Source of the DNA: Antedon mediterranea
Taxonomy: Eukaryota > Animalia > Echinodermata
Length of the DNA stretch: 64,000 nucleotides
Reading direction: 5' to 3'
Assembly: GCF_964355755.1 (NCBI RefSeq)
Contig: NC_092680.1
Location: forward strand, 12,719,045-12,783,044
How positions within the stretch are numbered: the first letter of the stretch is position 1; every line of letters starts with the position of its first letter. The position numbers and the translations under genes were made by a program. The notes beneath the pieces were generated by a model. The model saw only the letters and a program-made list of their open reading frames with translations. It did not search any database and was not told where the DNA came from. This document shows positions 1-12,524 of this stretch, in pieces.

Positions 1-362
1 ACTATCAAATGACATAGTTTGGTTAATATATCATCGTAATGCCTGTGTACATCTCATCTGTCTATTTTCAACGTCTTTAGCATCAGTTGCTTTATACGTA
101 AATGTAATTTCTGTATAACCTTGGCCTTTTACGATTCGTTATAGAATTTGTATTCTTCTTTTAAGAAACCCTCATTATGAGTAAATAGAAATCTTGTAAT
201 TGTTAGGAGTCTGTGAAAGGAATGCACATTGTGTTCTTGCAATAGAACAAATTATGTTCACCTGTGTGTATAGGAAAGTACATCTTGTTCGATATTATAT
301 GGTTCATATCCCAGGTTTAGTATAATAATAATGATCCGCCTCAACAATAGCTTACGACTTAC

Positions 363-405
363 CGTCGGATTTACGAAAAACGAATGTGTTGTAAATAAAC
401 GCGCT
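363..405 (-). CDS. Possible 43-nt second exon (SAFIYNTFVFRKSD, then phase 1)
   Basis: Strong donor CG|GTAAGT (GT at 362-361), weak acceptor (ctattag), and open in phase 0 after MMMM. Could be chance. Confidence 0.15.
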
Positions 406-1447
406 CTAATAGTCTTTTAACATAACAAAAAATAATATAGCTAAGGCTATATACATTGAATGAGAATATTGTTTAATTTTCATACCAATCTAGGCCTATA
501 CAATACAACCATTAGTTATTCTTGTACAATTCAGGAACGGGTTTCATATAATGGCTAAGCCACTTACATAATACTTAAGTAATAGGCCTGCTAGAATTAT
601 ACTAAATATTTCTACTAAAATAATGTTTTCATTAACGTACCTTTATGTAGGCCTACATTTAGTAACAGATATCATTATACCGGTATAGGTTTAGACTACT
701 TCAATGTCTATCTTTGGTACATGCATTAACAGATATATCGTACCTCAATGTCTATCTTTACATAAGTCAATTGTCGTTTGCATACCAAATGATACAAACA
801 ATATAATAATACAGTACCGCAAAGTGTAATAACGTTCGTTCGTTTAGATACAAAGGCTCGTACTAAGGTAAGACAGGAATGTGTAGGCTAAGCACAACGC
901 ACATGTAAGTTACGAACACAATAAGGCACAGCAATCAAGCTAAGTTTCGCTCTAAGTTTCGATACTAACTTTTTTTGTAAGGTAAACGTATAGTTAAACG
1001 ACTTGTTCTGGGTCTTTTTCTGTCACGGTGATATCGTTATAGACAAAATATGTAACGTTGTGAGGTCCACCATTTTAATATAATAATGTTTAGGCAATGT
1101 CATACAACAAATTTAGATTTTGAATTCGTGATCACTGCAGAATTTCGTTAATGATAATTTAAAGAAATAATCAGATGAAAACCATACCGAAATGATAGAT
1201 AAAAATAAAGTTAACATTGTAATTCGTGTTTTGTTTAACATAGTCCACGTCAAATGGAAACCAGTGTAGGTGGTACAACACGCCGATCTTAAATTGATTT
1301 ATACTTCAAATTAAAAATTGAAAGCGTTTTCCAAATTACCGATCATGAAATAAATATATCAAATAAGAAACAGCGTTACTGAATACAAATTCGATGGTTT
1401 AATGATTCTGTTGTAAATTGAAAATAAAAGGACAAAAAAACACTTAC

Positions 1448-1459
1448 CATCATCATCAT
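1448..1459 (-). CDS. Probable first coding exon portion (MMMM) of a minus-strand gene continuing leftwards; product unknown
   Basis: Minus strand reads agcatc ATG ATG ATG ATG|GTAAGTG: A at -3 and a consensus donor with GT at 1447-1446. No minus-strand ATG occurs from 1460 to 1833, as expected for a 5'UTR. A promoter-like motif cluster lies upstream. Confidence 0.55.
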
Positions 1460-1689
1460 GATGCTAACGGGCTGAAAATCCTCGAGCTAAATATCAAAAG
1501 AATTAAACCGTGTAATGTTTTATGCCTCAATGAGGCTCTTCAGAACCACGCGTAAACTCAGTTCGCTGGTATATTATAACAACTGACTGTGTCGTATTGT
1601 AGCCTTCGGGTTTTGAATCCCAATCAGAAATGTATGAAACGAGCCACACAAATCTACCACTCAGGTGAGACTGAAGGCGCAGTCTTGCG

Positions 1690-1990
1690 GAACACTCTCA
1701 GTCAGAGTTTTTCACGTGCGATAACTGGCTGCTGGGAAGCCAAATTGTTGCAGTGTATAATCACACACACACAAACACAGATTCAAAGGTTCTTAATTGA
1801 CAGTTTCAACGCTTAGAATTGTTTTGTTCTACGCATAGAGTCACTTAATTCAACCCCTAACTCGGTGGGTAGCAATATTCAACTGATTGAGAATGACCGG
1901 CATTGCCTCGGCAGCCACCAATTACTGGGACGTTGCCGGCAGCCCGCCCCGGAGCAAAAGTCAAACGGCTCTATAACGGCCAATCAAATA
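1690..1990 (-). promoter_or_regulatory. CpG-rich promoter-like region with GC box, CCAAT box, X-box-like motifs and an E-box
   Basis: CCCGCCCC at 1943-1950; GGCCAATCA at 1978-1986; GTTGCCGGCAGC at 1932-1943 and ATTGCCTCGGCAGC at 1902-1915 resemble the RFX X-box; CACGTG at 1713. GC content is locally raised. Confidence 0.45.
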
Positions 1991-3100
1991 ATTTTTCTCC
2001 TTATCTGATTATACCAAATGCAAAGTGTACAGAAAGCTCTATGTTTGCTAAATACTCTTTTTTAAACGTTAATATTGCCTGCCAGAATTTTCAACGTGAT
2101 GCCGTGTGTATCGTATATTATACGCGCGTAACATTTTAACGTTGGATTTAGCTTGTGATTTTAAACAAAAAGCGTTTTGTAATTTTTGAATGGTGTTATT
2201 TTGTGTAGGCTATTATTTTAATGAAGAAATAAAACCTTCCGTGGTAACAGTAGCCTACCATTTTGCTGTTTTGTGTTTGTTCTTGTTTGTGTTCAATGTC
2301 TTGTCTTGCCAAATTGTATAAAACAAAACTTTAATATTCAATTCAATTTCTTTTTATCGCGGAATTATCATCCATATAAAAACTCCTATAACTGAGAAAG
2401 AACAATTCAATTTAACTTGTGATTGAAAATCGTTTTTGTAATTTTTGTTTGGTATTATTTTGTGTATTGTTTTTGTGAATGAAGAAACGTTTCTTGGTTT
2501 CTTTCTTGTTTTTGTGTGTGTGTGTTCGGATTTGTCATTGATATTGAACACTGTATAGGCCAACGGATAATATTTAAAGTTATTTTGTACCGTGTCATAA
2601 AGTTTAAAATATAATTAATTATTTGATTGTATTAGCAAATGATTTATATCGTTCATAGTACAAAAATAAACATCGATGTAAGGATAGGATCAGGATGAAC
2701 ATTTTAAATTTTGAAACATTACATTTTTTTGTGTGTGTTTGGATGTAATTGGAATTCAACAAAGGTCAGGTAAACGTGAAAATAACTTAAAATAACTATC
2801 ATTTCTTTACTTTAATATAGTAAACAAATGATAATTAGGCATATGCGTCATATTATATAGACGTACAGTATGTCTAAAAAACATTAAAATGAAGATTAAT
2901 AAAATCAGACTTTGAACAGGCCATTTTGTAAATGAAATACAGGTACAGTAATTAGTTCCGTAGCAAAAAAAACCTAACGGTTAAATTTAACCAAAAATCC
3001 ATTGGCTGGCTGACTCTTTACTTTTTTGCTTAAAATTACATTTTTTGTCAGGTCAATATTTTTTTAGATCAAATTTGTTATGGTCAAAATGAATAACTAA

Positions 3101-3217
3101 ATGTGAAGTGCCCATGGACATGATGATGTCATATCACTACCATATTTGGGCATATCACTACCATATTTGGGCATATCACACTTTTTTTGTCAAACTAGTT
3201 TGATAGTGTAGACCGAG
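3101..3217. mobile_element. MITE family A (PIF/Harbinger, Tourist-like), left TIR missing
   Basis: Internal CATATCACTACCATATTTGGG tandem and right TIR AGTTTGATAGTGTAGAC, shared with six other copies. Confidence 0.8.
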
Positions 3218-5524
3218 AGGTTTATACTATTTACATTTGCGGCATAGAAGATATAGCGTAATATAGCAGTACAGTTTAAACACAGTCCTCTCTATCGAAG
3301 ACGCGGCGGATCAACAGCGAAATCAACAAACTGTATTTGACAACATCACATGTTGTCGAAACTAAACGTGCATTAACGATCATGCTAGAATTGGAACAGC
3401 CATCTGACGTAAGTTATTATTTTACAAGACCCTCCTGAATGAAAAATGAAATTGACATTTACAAGTGTTGTTTCGTGCACACCGACATTTTGTTCATGTT
3501 TTACTTTTGCGCACGATTGAGCAGCTTAAACACTTGTACACGCGTGTATTCGTTTTAAAAGCGTTTCAACCGACGCACTGTGGTCAAATCTCTAAACATT
3601 GTACGCTGGCGCACTAACACGTCATACTATAGCATTTGCGTCATCTAACGCATTCAATAACGTACATGTCAATTGGTCATATATGATAAGTCTGAACATA
3701 TGACGCGTTGGTATTGTTTTACGCACTATTCATATTTTGTTTAAGTTTTGTTTACGCGATTAAGTTCTTCGTTAAAAAAGTTTTAAAAAAGAAAGAAAAC
3801 GTATAAATTATTCTTAATGTTGTCATTTATCATAGCTCTGGGATTGGCAAACTTAAAAATATGATTGCTAATTACAATTTTCATATATTTCTCCTATTTT
3901 GTTTATCATTAGGCCTACTATGTTTATAACAATGATAGGCCGTAGTGATTACAAATATTATTTTTTAAATAAATAAAATCATTAATCTTTATCAGTATTT
4001 TAACAATATCAACAATTATAAAACTAAATTGCTTTTTAAAACATAGATAAGTAACATTAAAATTATTATTTACAAAATATACAAAATGTTTAATTTACAA
4101 CAATAATTGTAGGCAGGTGAAAATATCATACTGTATGCATACATAAGTTGTTAAACAAATCTTTTCTATTTAATAATGAATATAAATGAATACTATTGAT
4201 GATACACACAAACAGGATACAAGGCACAAAAGCATTGAGTTTGATAGATTGTCTTCTTAGAGAGTTTACGACGACTCGCGTTCTGATCTTGATACGGGTA
4301 TAATATCTATAAAATGTGATTCTAATACAATCTTTCAACCTATTTATTTAACATAATAAATAGAATCATTGATTTATTAAACAATTAAATGAGCCCGAAG
4401 GAATCAAATCTCATTACGTCACTCGGTTAAGATTCAGATTTTACAATGATGACATGGATTGCCATTGTAACAACGCACGCATTGCTCCAAGTAGTGTTTC
4501 TTATTGTTTTTGCTTTTTTAAAAAATCTTTATAATAATATTTTGCTGGTTGCAAAAGACAGTTTAAGTATGCAGTATATCAGTATTTTTCTGCATAGAGA
4601 GTGGTAGCATTAGCTGGGCTCAGAATATTCACTCGTATAGGGCGCCGCCTAACGATGTGATCTAAGTTTTTTTGGTTGGTTTGACTGTACTGTATTACAA
4701 AATTGGCTACCCACCCATACTATTACATTACTGTTAATGTTGTAGATTTACATGGAATTTGTTTCAGTTTTTGCTTCATATGGTTTGAGCATTCAACAAG
4801 ATAAATTGACGGGTTTTTTGTTTTTTGATTTTTTTTTTTAAATATTAAAACATTTTATATTTTATAAAAACATAAGTAGACAAAACATGTGACCTAAGTC
4901 TACAAATAATTCAACTAGATAATGTGCTCGGGTTATGGAGAAAATAATTAGGTAAACAAATGTAAAAATAATAGAAACATAATTCAATTCAAGGCAATTT
5001 GACCCGTGACATGCCTATCCATAATAATATTTATATAAAAAAATAAACGAATACAAAAAATGTCGACTGTAAAGATGTTTGAAATATATAATTTGAAATT
5101 CTATATAAGATTCACAAATTATTTTTCCAGAGGTCGTGTTTGAATTTTAAAAGCATTATTGAAAGACGGGATATTGATTTCAGTCTCAATGGCTATATTC
5201 ATTTAATTAAGATGATCATACATTTTTTTTTTGTAATATTCATAAGTCATTAGCAAAACTGCATATAGTTACTTTTAATAAGAGTGCGTTGCTCCATTTT
5301 ATCTCCGTATACGTTTTCCTTTTGACATGTGATGCTAATATGTATAGGGTCTCTCATGCGGGTATTTGCAACGAATAAAATTAAGGCTCTGAAGAAACGC
5401 AATGTTTTCTGTATGTTATATAGATATGGTTTGATAACGTTGTATACATGCGTATGTATCATGCGTTTTTTACGCATTACATCGTTAAAAATTTCGTCTT
5501 TCACTATATGAACAAAAAGGCTAA

Positions 5525-5669
5525 AGCTCTCTCTAAACTATTAAACGAGTTTGACAAAAAAGTGTGATGTGCCTATATAGTGATATCCCCAAATATTGTA
5601 GTGATATGACATCATGCCCATATATGGCCACATTTTGTCACATAAAATGTTATAGTGTAAGACAGATCT
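5525..5669. mobile_element. MITE family A, degenerate, opposite orientation
   Basis: TAA-AGCTCTCTCTAAACTA...TAGTGTAAGACAGATCT-TTA, with internal GTAGTGATATGACATCAT. Confidence 0.75.
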
Positions 5670-8600
5670 TTAGAATTAATAATAATATTAATACTGAATA
5701 ATTCATAATTTTCAACAAATCCCTACATTCTAAAGTTTACTATCAACGATATAGTTATATTTTGTTACACAATCGTTACTGTAGGACAAAGTTGCATGTA
5801 CACTGTAAATGTACTATATCTCGTGATTATTGTGTACTACTATAGTTGATGTTATGTCCACATCGAAGTGAAATGGTTATATTTAACCGATTGAAGAGTA
5901 TAATTCCGTTTACACTTGAAGTAGCGCCGATGATAATAAGGCAAGATTTACTTGGCATGAGTTACCATTTTGCATTGGTAAAATGCCATCATACTTCCAA
6001 TCTACGTGGCGGTAAAGGATATCATGAACAACTTGTTTGATATGAACTCAAATGTTTGAATTGTATGTTTATCTGTAGCTTGGAATGTAAAAAGTTGTAT
6101 GCATCACTTTTATTGAGTAGTCTTAACATGGCTGTAAATTTTATGGTCTTATAAACATGCTGAAAACTATAGGCCTTATTTTAGGGTCTACTACTAGATT
6201 TATTTATATACATAAAGTCGTTTTTTGTTGGAATGATTAGTATTTTTCCTATTGTTAACTATCATTTTAAATTAATCTTTTTTTCACGATTCTAGACCAA
6301 TCCTGTATTACTGATGCTCTATTTTTAGAGATTTTCCATTGGCACCGGTGCCCTTTTCTTGATGCTGTACCATTTATAGACACATTAGGCCTTTCATGTA
6401 TTACTGATGTCTTTTTTTAAGAGTGTTTCTTCTGGTACTGGTTCCCTTTTCTTTCTTTTAGAACCATGGTGCTTTCCTATTGGTATGTCCGTTTTAGACC
6501 CACCGTGCCTTTCTATTGTTGTGTCCATCTGTACAGTGCCTTTCCCGTTGGTGTGTATCCGTGGGCGGTTGCGGACCACTGTGTGGGGTATAGCTGTTTG
6601 AAGGGTGTCGATGCATACAACATAATCATATTCCATACTCAACTGATAAACAACATCATTTATTTCCCCTCCATCATAGTGATTGACAAGTTACGCTTAT
6701 CTTCAACACCCCATGACATTTTGATATATAGAGGAAGATGGCACGAACTTTGACCTTGCCTCTAGGTATGACGTAGGAGGTGAAGATTTTCATCGTCTAA
6801 TTCATCATATCCGTATTCTAAGTTCAAGAGTCTACTAATCCCACTGTAGTCTTAGCAGTTTAAAGAAACAATTTCATGTTGGTGTCACCAACACAGAATT
6901 AAGTTCCATGATTATGATTTTAATATTGATTTGTGATTTAATTATGACGATGACAACTTGTCTCTTCTGTATACAGTGTTCCTAAAAGTAGAAAATGCGC
7001 ATGCGCTTATTCGGGTTAGTTTACGGTATTACATTACGAAAGGTGTCGAGTAAGTTTTTAAGTTCGGTTAAAACGTTCGAGATGAAATCTTTTCTGAGGC
7101 TACATACTGTATTTGATATAATTATATTATCGTCTGATACTCACTGCTAGGAATACAAAACGAATAATCAGAATAGATTACCCTTTGGGCCCAAAAGATG
7201 AATTAAATTAAAAGAATGTTCACGATATTTATTGAAATTATACTGTAGAAAATGACAAATATATATGGTAACTATAAAAGATCAGACAACGTTGAACTTT
7301 TAGCCCCTTACGGATTACTTAATACAAATTACTTTTTAACATTCAGGCTACAGTCTCAAAGTTATGAGGGGAGAAGGTAGGATTGATGGGAAAGCCGGGG
7401 GAGTGCGACCTGTCATCGATAGGTTGAGCCAGCAGCAGAATCCTCAGCCAGGTTACAGACTAATCATGGGTTGGAATGATTACATATATATCAAAATGTA
7501 AAAATATACAATATGCTTTGGGTGTAGAGTTTTCACGTGAAGTATTTATAAACTTTCATTTAACGTTTGTCTTATGAAAGCTAATGATAATCCCACAATG
7601 CCACCGGCTACGTAGATACATAGCAGTTCCTAACTTTAAATATATTTTGTTTTAAGGTAAAAATCGAATAACTACGAATGCAACGTATATCTATTGTCCA
7701 TGGTGTCTGAGAAGGTGAGCAGATAACTTTTATAGATCAACGTTGCTCTCAGAGAATGTAGCTACTTTTTAAATTCGGTTTTCAGTTGATATACAATACC
7801 AATTTGTTTGACACTTTAAACACTTTTATAGTAAGCTAAACTATAATATTAGCAAAAGCAGGTTTGCGGTACATGATGTAATTCTAAAAAAAAGAAAGAA
7901 TTTAAATTAAAGAATGTCTTGAAGAGTTTTGGGTGACGCAAACCTTCTTCTAAAACGTGTGTACTAATTCAAACTCTCAGATATTTCAAAATCATTTTTT
8001 TAAATTAAATAATTTCTTAAATGTACAGGTATTGTTATGTTAATATATAAACGATTTACTTAGCTTTAATCATAAATGGTTGTTTGTCGGTATTTGTTAA
8101 ATAAGATTATGTTAATGTTTAATATTTATTTTTATGTGTAGGACATCTTGTAGTTTCTAGTGATGAATTTGACAGCATTCGCGTCATAACGCATTTAGAC
8201 CGTTTATAAATGCGATTATTATTATTACTAAGAGAAACAGAAAATACGAGTTAAGACACACGGTTAGTTAGCTAAGTTTATGGCCTATTGGCTTCTGCTC
8301 GTTTTTTTACTGACAGGCAAAATCAAAAACTTAACATCTGAAATTAGCCGTAACAAGTTAGAATATTAAACCCTAACACCCACCAAACGATGCGGAAAAA
8401 CACAACAGCAATTATAAACAAGAACAATATTATTTTGTATACTCGAATATGAAGGTTTCACAATAATATTTAAATGTTGAGTTTGGCTTGAAGATATCGA
8501 TTTGTAGATAGATTTAAACCCTTGGGTAGGTATCACCAAATGCAACCATCCAACAATACATTCGATATTGAAATATAATTATGCTTGCTCTAAGCTACTA

Positions 8601-10238
8601 TGATGAAAAATAAATTAAAAGGTACGTCAATATCTTTGTCAATATGAATGCGAGGAAGATACTAGGCCGACACCTTAGTTCTATTAGTGCATAACAATCT
8701 ATAAAGACAATAGTTAGCGGCGATGACAACCAGCAAGGCTTTATAATTACCAATAGATACACGGGCGAAAACCAAGCGATTGGGTTACGTATTGTTGATA
8801 ATTATAACACACTACGTCAAGGAGCCGCATTCATGAAACTAAGTAATTTACTGTGTAAGAGCTTATGATCAACTATTAAAAAGTACAGAACACCGTTCTA
8901 GAATTACGTTTAATTATCAATGATAGACAATCTACGTATTTCTGTGGATAGTATTTCGTTTAATATCCCAAATAATTGCATTCTTGATGATAGTGTTGCA
9001 TTTTTATGAAAAATAACAAAGATGGAAACTTGGGATATGGAAGTGTGGAGTGAATTGTTTTCGTCAGTGTTCCTGAGTTTATTCCCATTGTTTAACTTTC
9101 AACCAATCACATGCCTCTAAAGTTAAAAAGAAAAACGTATGTAGGCAAACCTCACACCCACGAAGAAATATCTGAATTCAGCTTTCTAGAAAGGTAAACT
9201 TCGGGCCAATCGCATAAGTGTAAAAACACTGCCAATGTTCAGCAACATTATGTGTTTGCACTCTATAATTATTAATAAGAAAATAAGATAATAAATAAGA
9301 TTTATATTTTACCTACATTGTATGGTACTTTATTATTAGCTCTAACAAACATTAACAATACTTTCTTATGGCTAAACGTTGTCATCATTCTTATGTATAC
9401 TTAATAGATTCCGTTTTCAGGCTACAAACAATTCACATAGCCGACGAGAATTTTGACAAAGTATAAAAATAAAAATGGATATTTAGTATACGACAAACGT
9501 GATGACTATCAACAGTATCTAGAAAACGAACATCGAACTATTATTACTGAATAAATTATTCAGATTTGTAGAAGCATATGCATAAGTCTATTTCAATTTG
9601 TATATTTGAAACAAGTAGTATAGACCTTCTAATTGTCTCGGAAGATCTCTCTTATTTAGCAGAAAGTAATTTCATTATAAACGTAAGGACTATTAACAGA
9701 AAATGACCAACAACATAATCAGTGAAATTACATTATCCCTAATTGGTATTATTAAAAAAATATTCCAGCTTGAAATCACCAAGAGCAAATTCCCTGCCCA
9801 GCCATCTTAAATATGACCCTAAGGATTGTAGATTACATTCAGTAATTTGTAAGACAATAAAGTTCTCTGCTCGTATCAATATAGCCAGAAGAAATTCACT
9901 TATTACAATTCAGAAATCTAGTATATTTATAACATGGTAGACTGAATCTAAGCCTGGAGTCTTTAAGCTTAAGTCCTAGTCTCATTGATTCTGGGCGTAC
10001 CCCGGTAGCACTATGCCTGCTGTTAGTACCACAACAAGCTGGAAATTAGCCTTAATTTTGATTCATGTAAGAGGTTTATTATGTCTGTCGTATATCTACA
10101 GGCCTTATTTGTTTGATATATTTTAATTAATTGTTCAATAAGAGGATATAAAGTGAAAGTTTATAACATTTTAGAAGACGTTTTTGATCAAGTTACTATA
10201 AATAAATATATATAAACAAATCAGGCAAAGAACATTAA

Positions 10239-10376
10239 GGGCTAGTGTTGCCCGAAAGCTTTGCTAACTTTTCTGGCTGTTTTACTTCTCGTTTTGATTT
10301 AGCTTTTCGCTTTTATTTTGTATCTCCATTGAGATCCAGCCACTGCATTGTCATTTTTTCAGTAATTTGCCTTTGG

Positions 10377-10380
<4 letters not shown>
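10239..10380 (+). mobile_element. Repeat family Y arm abutting (TA)n; relatives at 10892-10992 (inverted), 13504-13582 and about 42031-42160
   Basis: Shared CGAAAGCT...TTTTCTG(G/C)CTGTTTTACTT...TTTAGCT...ATCTCCA block, visible by eye. Confidence 0.6.

Positions 10381-10418
<38 letters not shown>
10381..10418. repeat. (AT)n microsatellite
   Basis: About 19 perfect AT units. Confidence 0.98.
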
Positions 10419-10422
<4 letters not shown>

Positions 10423-10856
10423 CGTTTCAAATTAATTAATTAAATTTCAGTATATAACCGGGCGGTTTAGAATTAATGTTCTTTGCCTGTTGTGTTTATA
10501 TATATAAAAGTATCTCTTCGGAGATCCCGCCTCGTGAATAAAAATACTGAAAGATGAGGGCGTATCAATTTGATCTCTGTTGCGCGTGCGTACAACTGAG
10601 GACTAGTGCTGTTCCGCCGTACCACGCCGAGAATGTTAAAGAGTCGCTATCCAATCGAGTTCGAACAATACCATGAAAGCCCCAGTGGTCTAATGGTTAG
10701 GACATCTGCATATCAAGCAGGCGGTCCGAGTTCGAGTCTCGGTTGGGGCGACTTTTTCTCATTCTCACAGATTTCATCATCTTTATCGTTTCAAATTAAT
10801 TAATTAAATTTCAGTATATAACCGGGCGGTTTAGAATTAATGTTCTTTGCCTGATG

Positions 10857-10860
<4 letters not shown>
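10418..10860. mobile_element. Non-autonomous (TA)n-embedded element with 72-bp direct repeats (10418-10489, 10782-10853) enclosing a tRNA-like gene
   Basis: Identical repeats TTTATCGTTTCAAA...GTTCTTTGCCTG spaced 364 bp apart, each followed by a TA run. Confidence 0.75.
10679..10750 (+). tRNA. tRNA-like gene, 72-nt cloverleaf, anticodon ATC (nominal Asp); probably repeat-borne
   Basis: Acceptor GCCCCAG/TTGGGGC; D stem GTCT/GGAC; anticodon stem TCTGC/GCAGG with loop ATATCAA; T stem CCGAG/CTCGG with loop TTCGAGT; discriminator G. A and B boxes are intact and a TTTTT terminator lies at 10753-10757. Confidence 0.8.

Positions 10861-10892
<32 letters not shown>
10861..10892. repeat. (TA)n microsatellite
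   Basis: About 16 TA units. Confidence 0.98.
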
Positions 10893-10895
<3 letters not shown>

Positions 10896-10992
10896 TCAGA
10901 GGTAAATCTCAGTGGAGATGAAAATAATAATAATCAAACATCTCCATCAAAACAATAAAGCAAAACAGCAAGAAAGAAAATGCTCGAGCTTT
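10892..10992 (-). mobile_element. Repeat family Y arm, inverted relative to 10239-10380
   Basis: Reverse complement AAAGCTCGAGCATTTTC...GCTGTTTTGCTT...GTTTTGAT...ATCTCCACTGAGAT...TTTACCTCTGAATTT aligns with the left arm. Confidence 0.6.
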
Positions 10993-12394
10993 ATCATTTA
11001 TTATAAATTATATTTATTAATTTATTTTCAACTTTATGTTTAATGATGAAGACTTTTTGTCTTTCGTAAATCTAAGAGAATATAAATGTGTAAAGTTGTG
11101 GTATAGCGTTTCTTCATTACGTCACAGTCGATATATCGTATTTTGTAAGTATTATACATATCTGACTCGTGGTGATTTCTTTCAACATTATTGCAATGTT
11201 TCATATTTTATTGTCAAACCTGCCATGTTTTCTGTCGACAGCAACTCGTGCGCCGCCAGCGACACTCAAGGTGTGTTTTAAATTGGTCCTTTTTCAAAAT
11301 AAATTGGTAAAAAAATGTTAGATCATTTTAAAGATGTGCTCTGTGAGATGCCTGTCAAACAAGATAACACGAAGTCTTCACACGATGCTGCTGAAGGTTA
11401 AATTGCAAAAACAAATATCGAAAAAAAACTTCTATTTTAAAATTTGTTTTTAATTAAAGTTATTTTCATTAAGATAATTGTTAAATGGATTCAAACAAAC
11501 TAAAAATAAAACAATACTATAATTGTCTTGCTGACATGTTGAGTATAGTCCCTTTTAAAAGTAACACAAATAGTTATTCCTTTGACAGAAAATTGTCGAT
11601 AAAAAATGTGTCTGATAAAACTGTAGTTTAAATAAAAGAATATAATTTCCTGCAAGTCAAAAAGTTTGGTTAAAATTCAACTGTTTGTTTTGTCTTTTTT
11701 ATTAGCTAAATCATTATTTTTTTTGGCAAAAGTGAATAATTATTAAAACTACAACATTCAAAGTTTTCAAATTTATACATATTTTTTTAATGTTTTTTCA
11801 GGAAAAGCATCTTTAAAAAGAAATTTTGTTGTGGTACTTTAAGTTGTTGATCATCCTACTCAGTTCTCACTTCCAATATAAAGTCTAAGTTAATTAAACA
11901 GAATCTTAACACCATTAGTTGCTAAAAACAAATACCAAGATATTAAAGACGTTCGATTAAAATAACAAACGCTAAAAGAAAAGCTTATCTGTAATCTTGT
12001 AATACGGCTGAAGCCATGCCTGTCATCCTGGCATTATTATTAGAATGCATATTTTATACGTTGTATTTTTACAGCAATTCGATCAAGCAACGAACATTAT
12101 TGAACATAAACACACGCTCATCTCTCAAACTGTATGCAATTGCAATAGACCAGTAATAATCGATATAATTAACCTATATTTAATGTGATATACGTGTAAT
12201 AACGTGTGTAGATTTTAATTGTTCGTCTTCATGTCCTTTCTTATTAATATTCTTGACAAGAAGTTAACTGATAGCAATATGCTCATGTCCAATTACTCAA
12301 TAGGCCTGTTATCGTCAATATAATTTCAACAAAATCAGTCATTACCGTACATTAGTAAATATAACGACAATTTGGCACTTTCTTGATATCATAA

Positions 12395-12524
12395 TGCTTG
12401 CTTCCAGGACGCAACGCTAGAACGTATGTCGCAACATAAGCGAATTGACCAATCACAAGCGACAAATCCGAATAATATCGCTTTTGATTGGTCAATTCGC
12501 TTAGGTCCTAGTGAGAACCAAGAT
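12395..12524. mobile_element. MITE family B (Harbinger-like, palindromic)
   Basis: AAGCGAATTGACCAATCACAAGCGA / TCGCTTTTGATTGGTCAATTCGCTT inverted repeat, and right TIR CTAGTGAGAACCAAG. Confidence 0.75.

Noticed and set aside
5939-6003. miR-31-like 5' end (AGGCAAGAT...TTGGCAT) with partial fold-back
   Set aside because: Insertions relative to mature miR-31 and a large internal loop make the hairpin too weak.
6081-6101. miR-1-like sequence TGGAATGTAAAAAGTTGTAT
   Set aside because: Two deletions versus miR-1 and no adjacent complementary arm.
9760-9950. Minus-strand LGDFK, resembling the LINE endonuclease GDFN motif
   Set aside because: Single short motif with no supporting frame.
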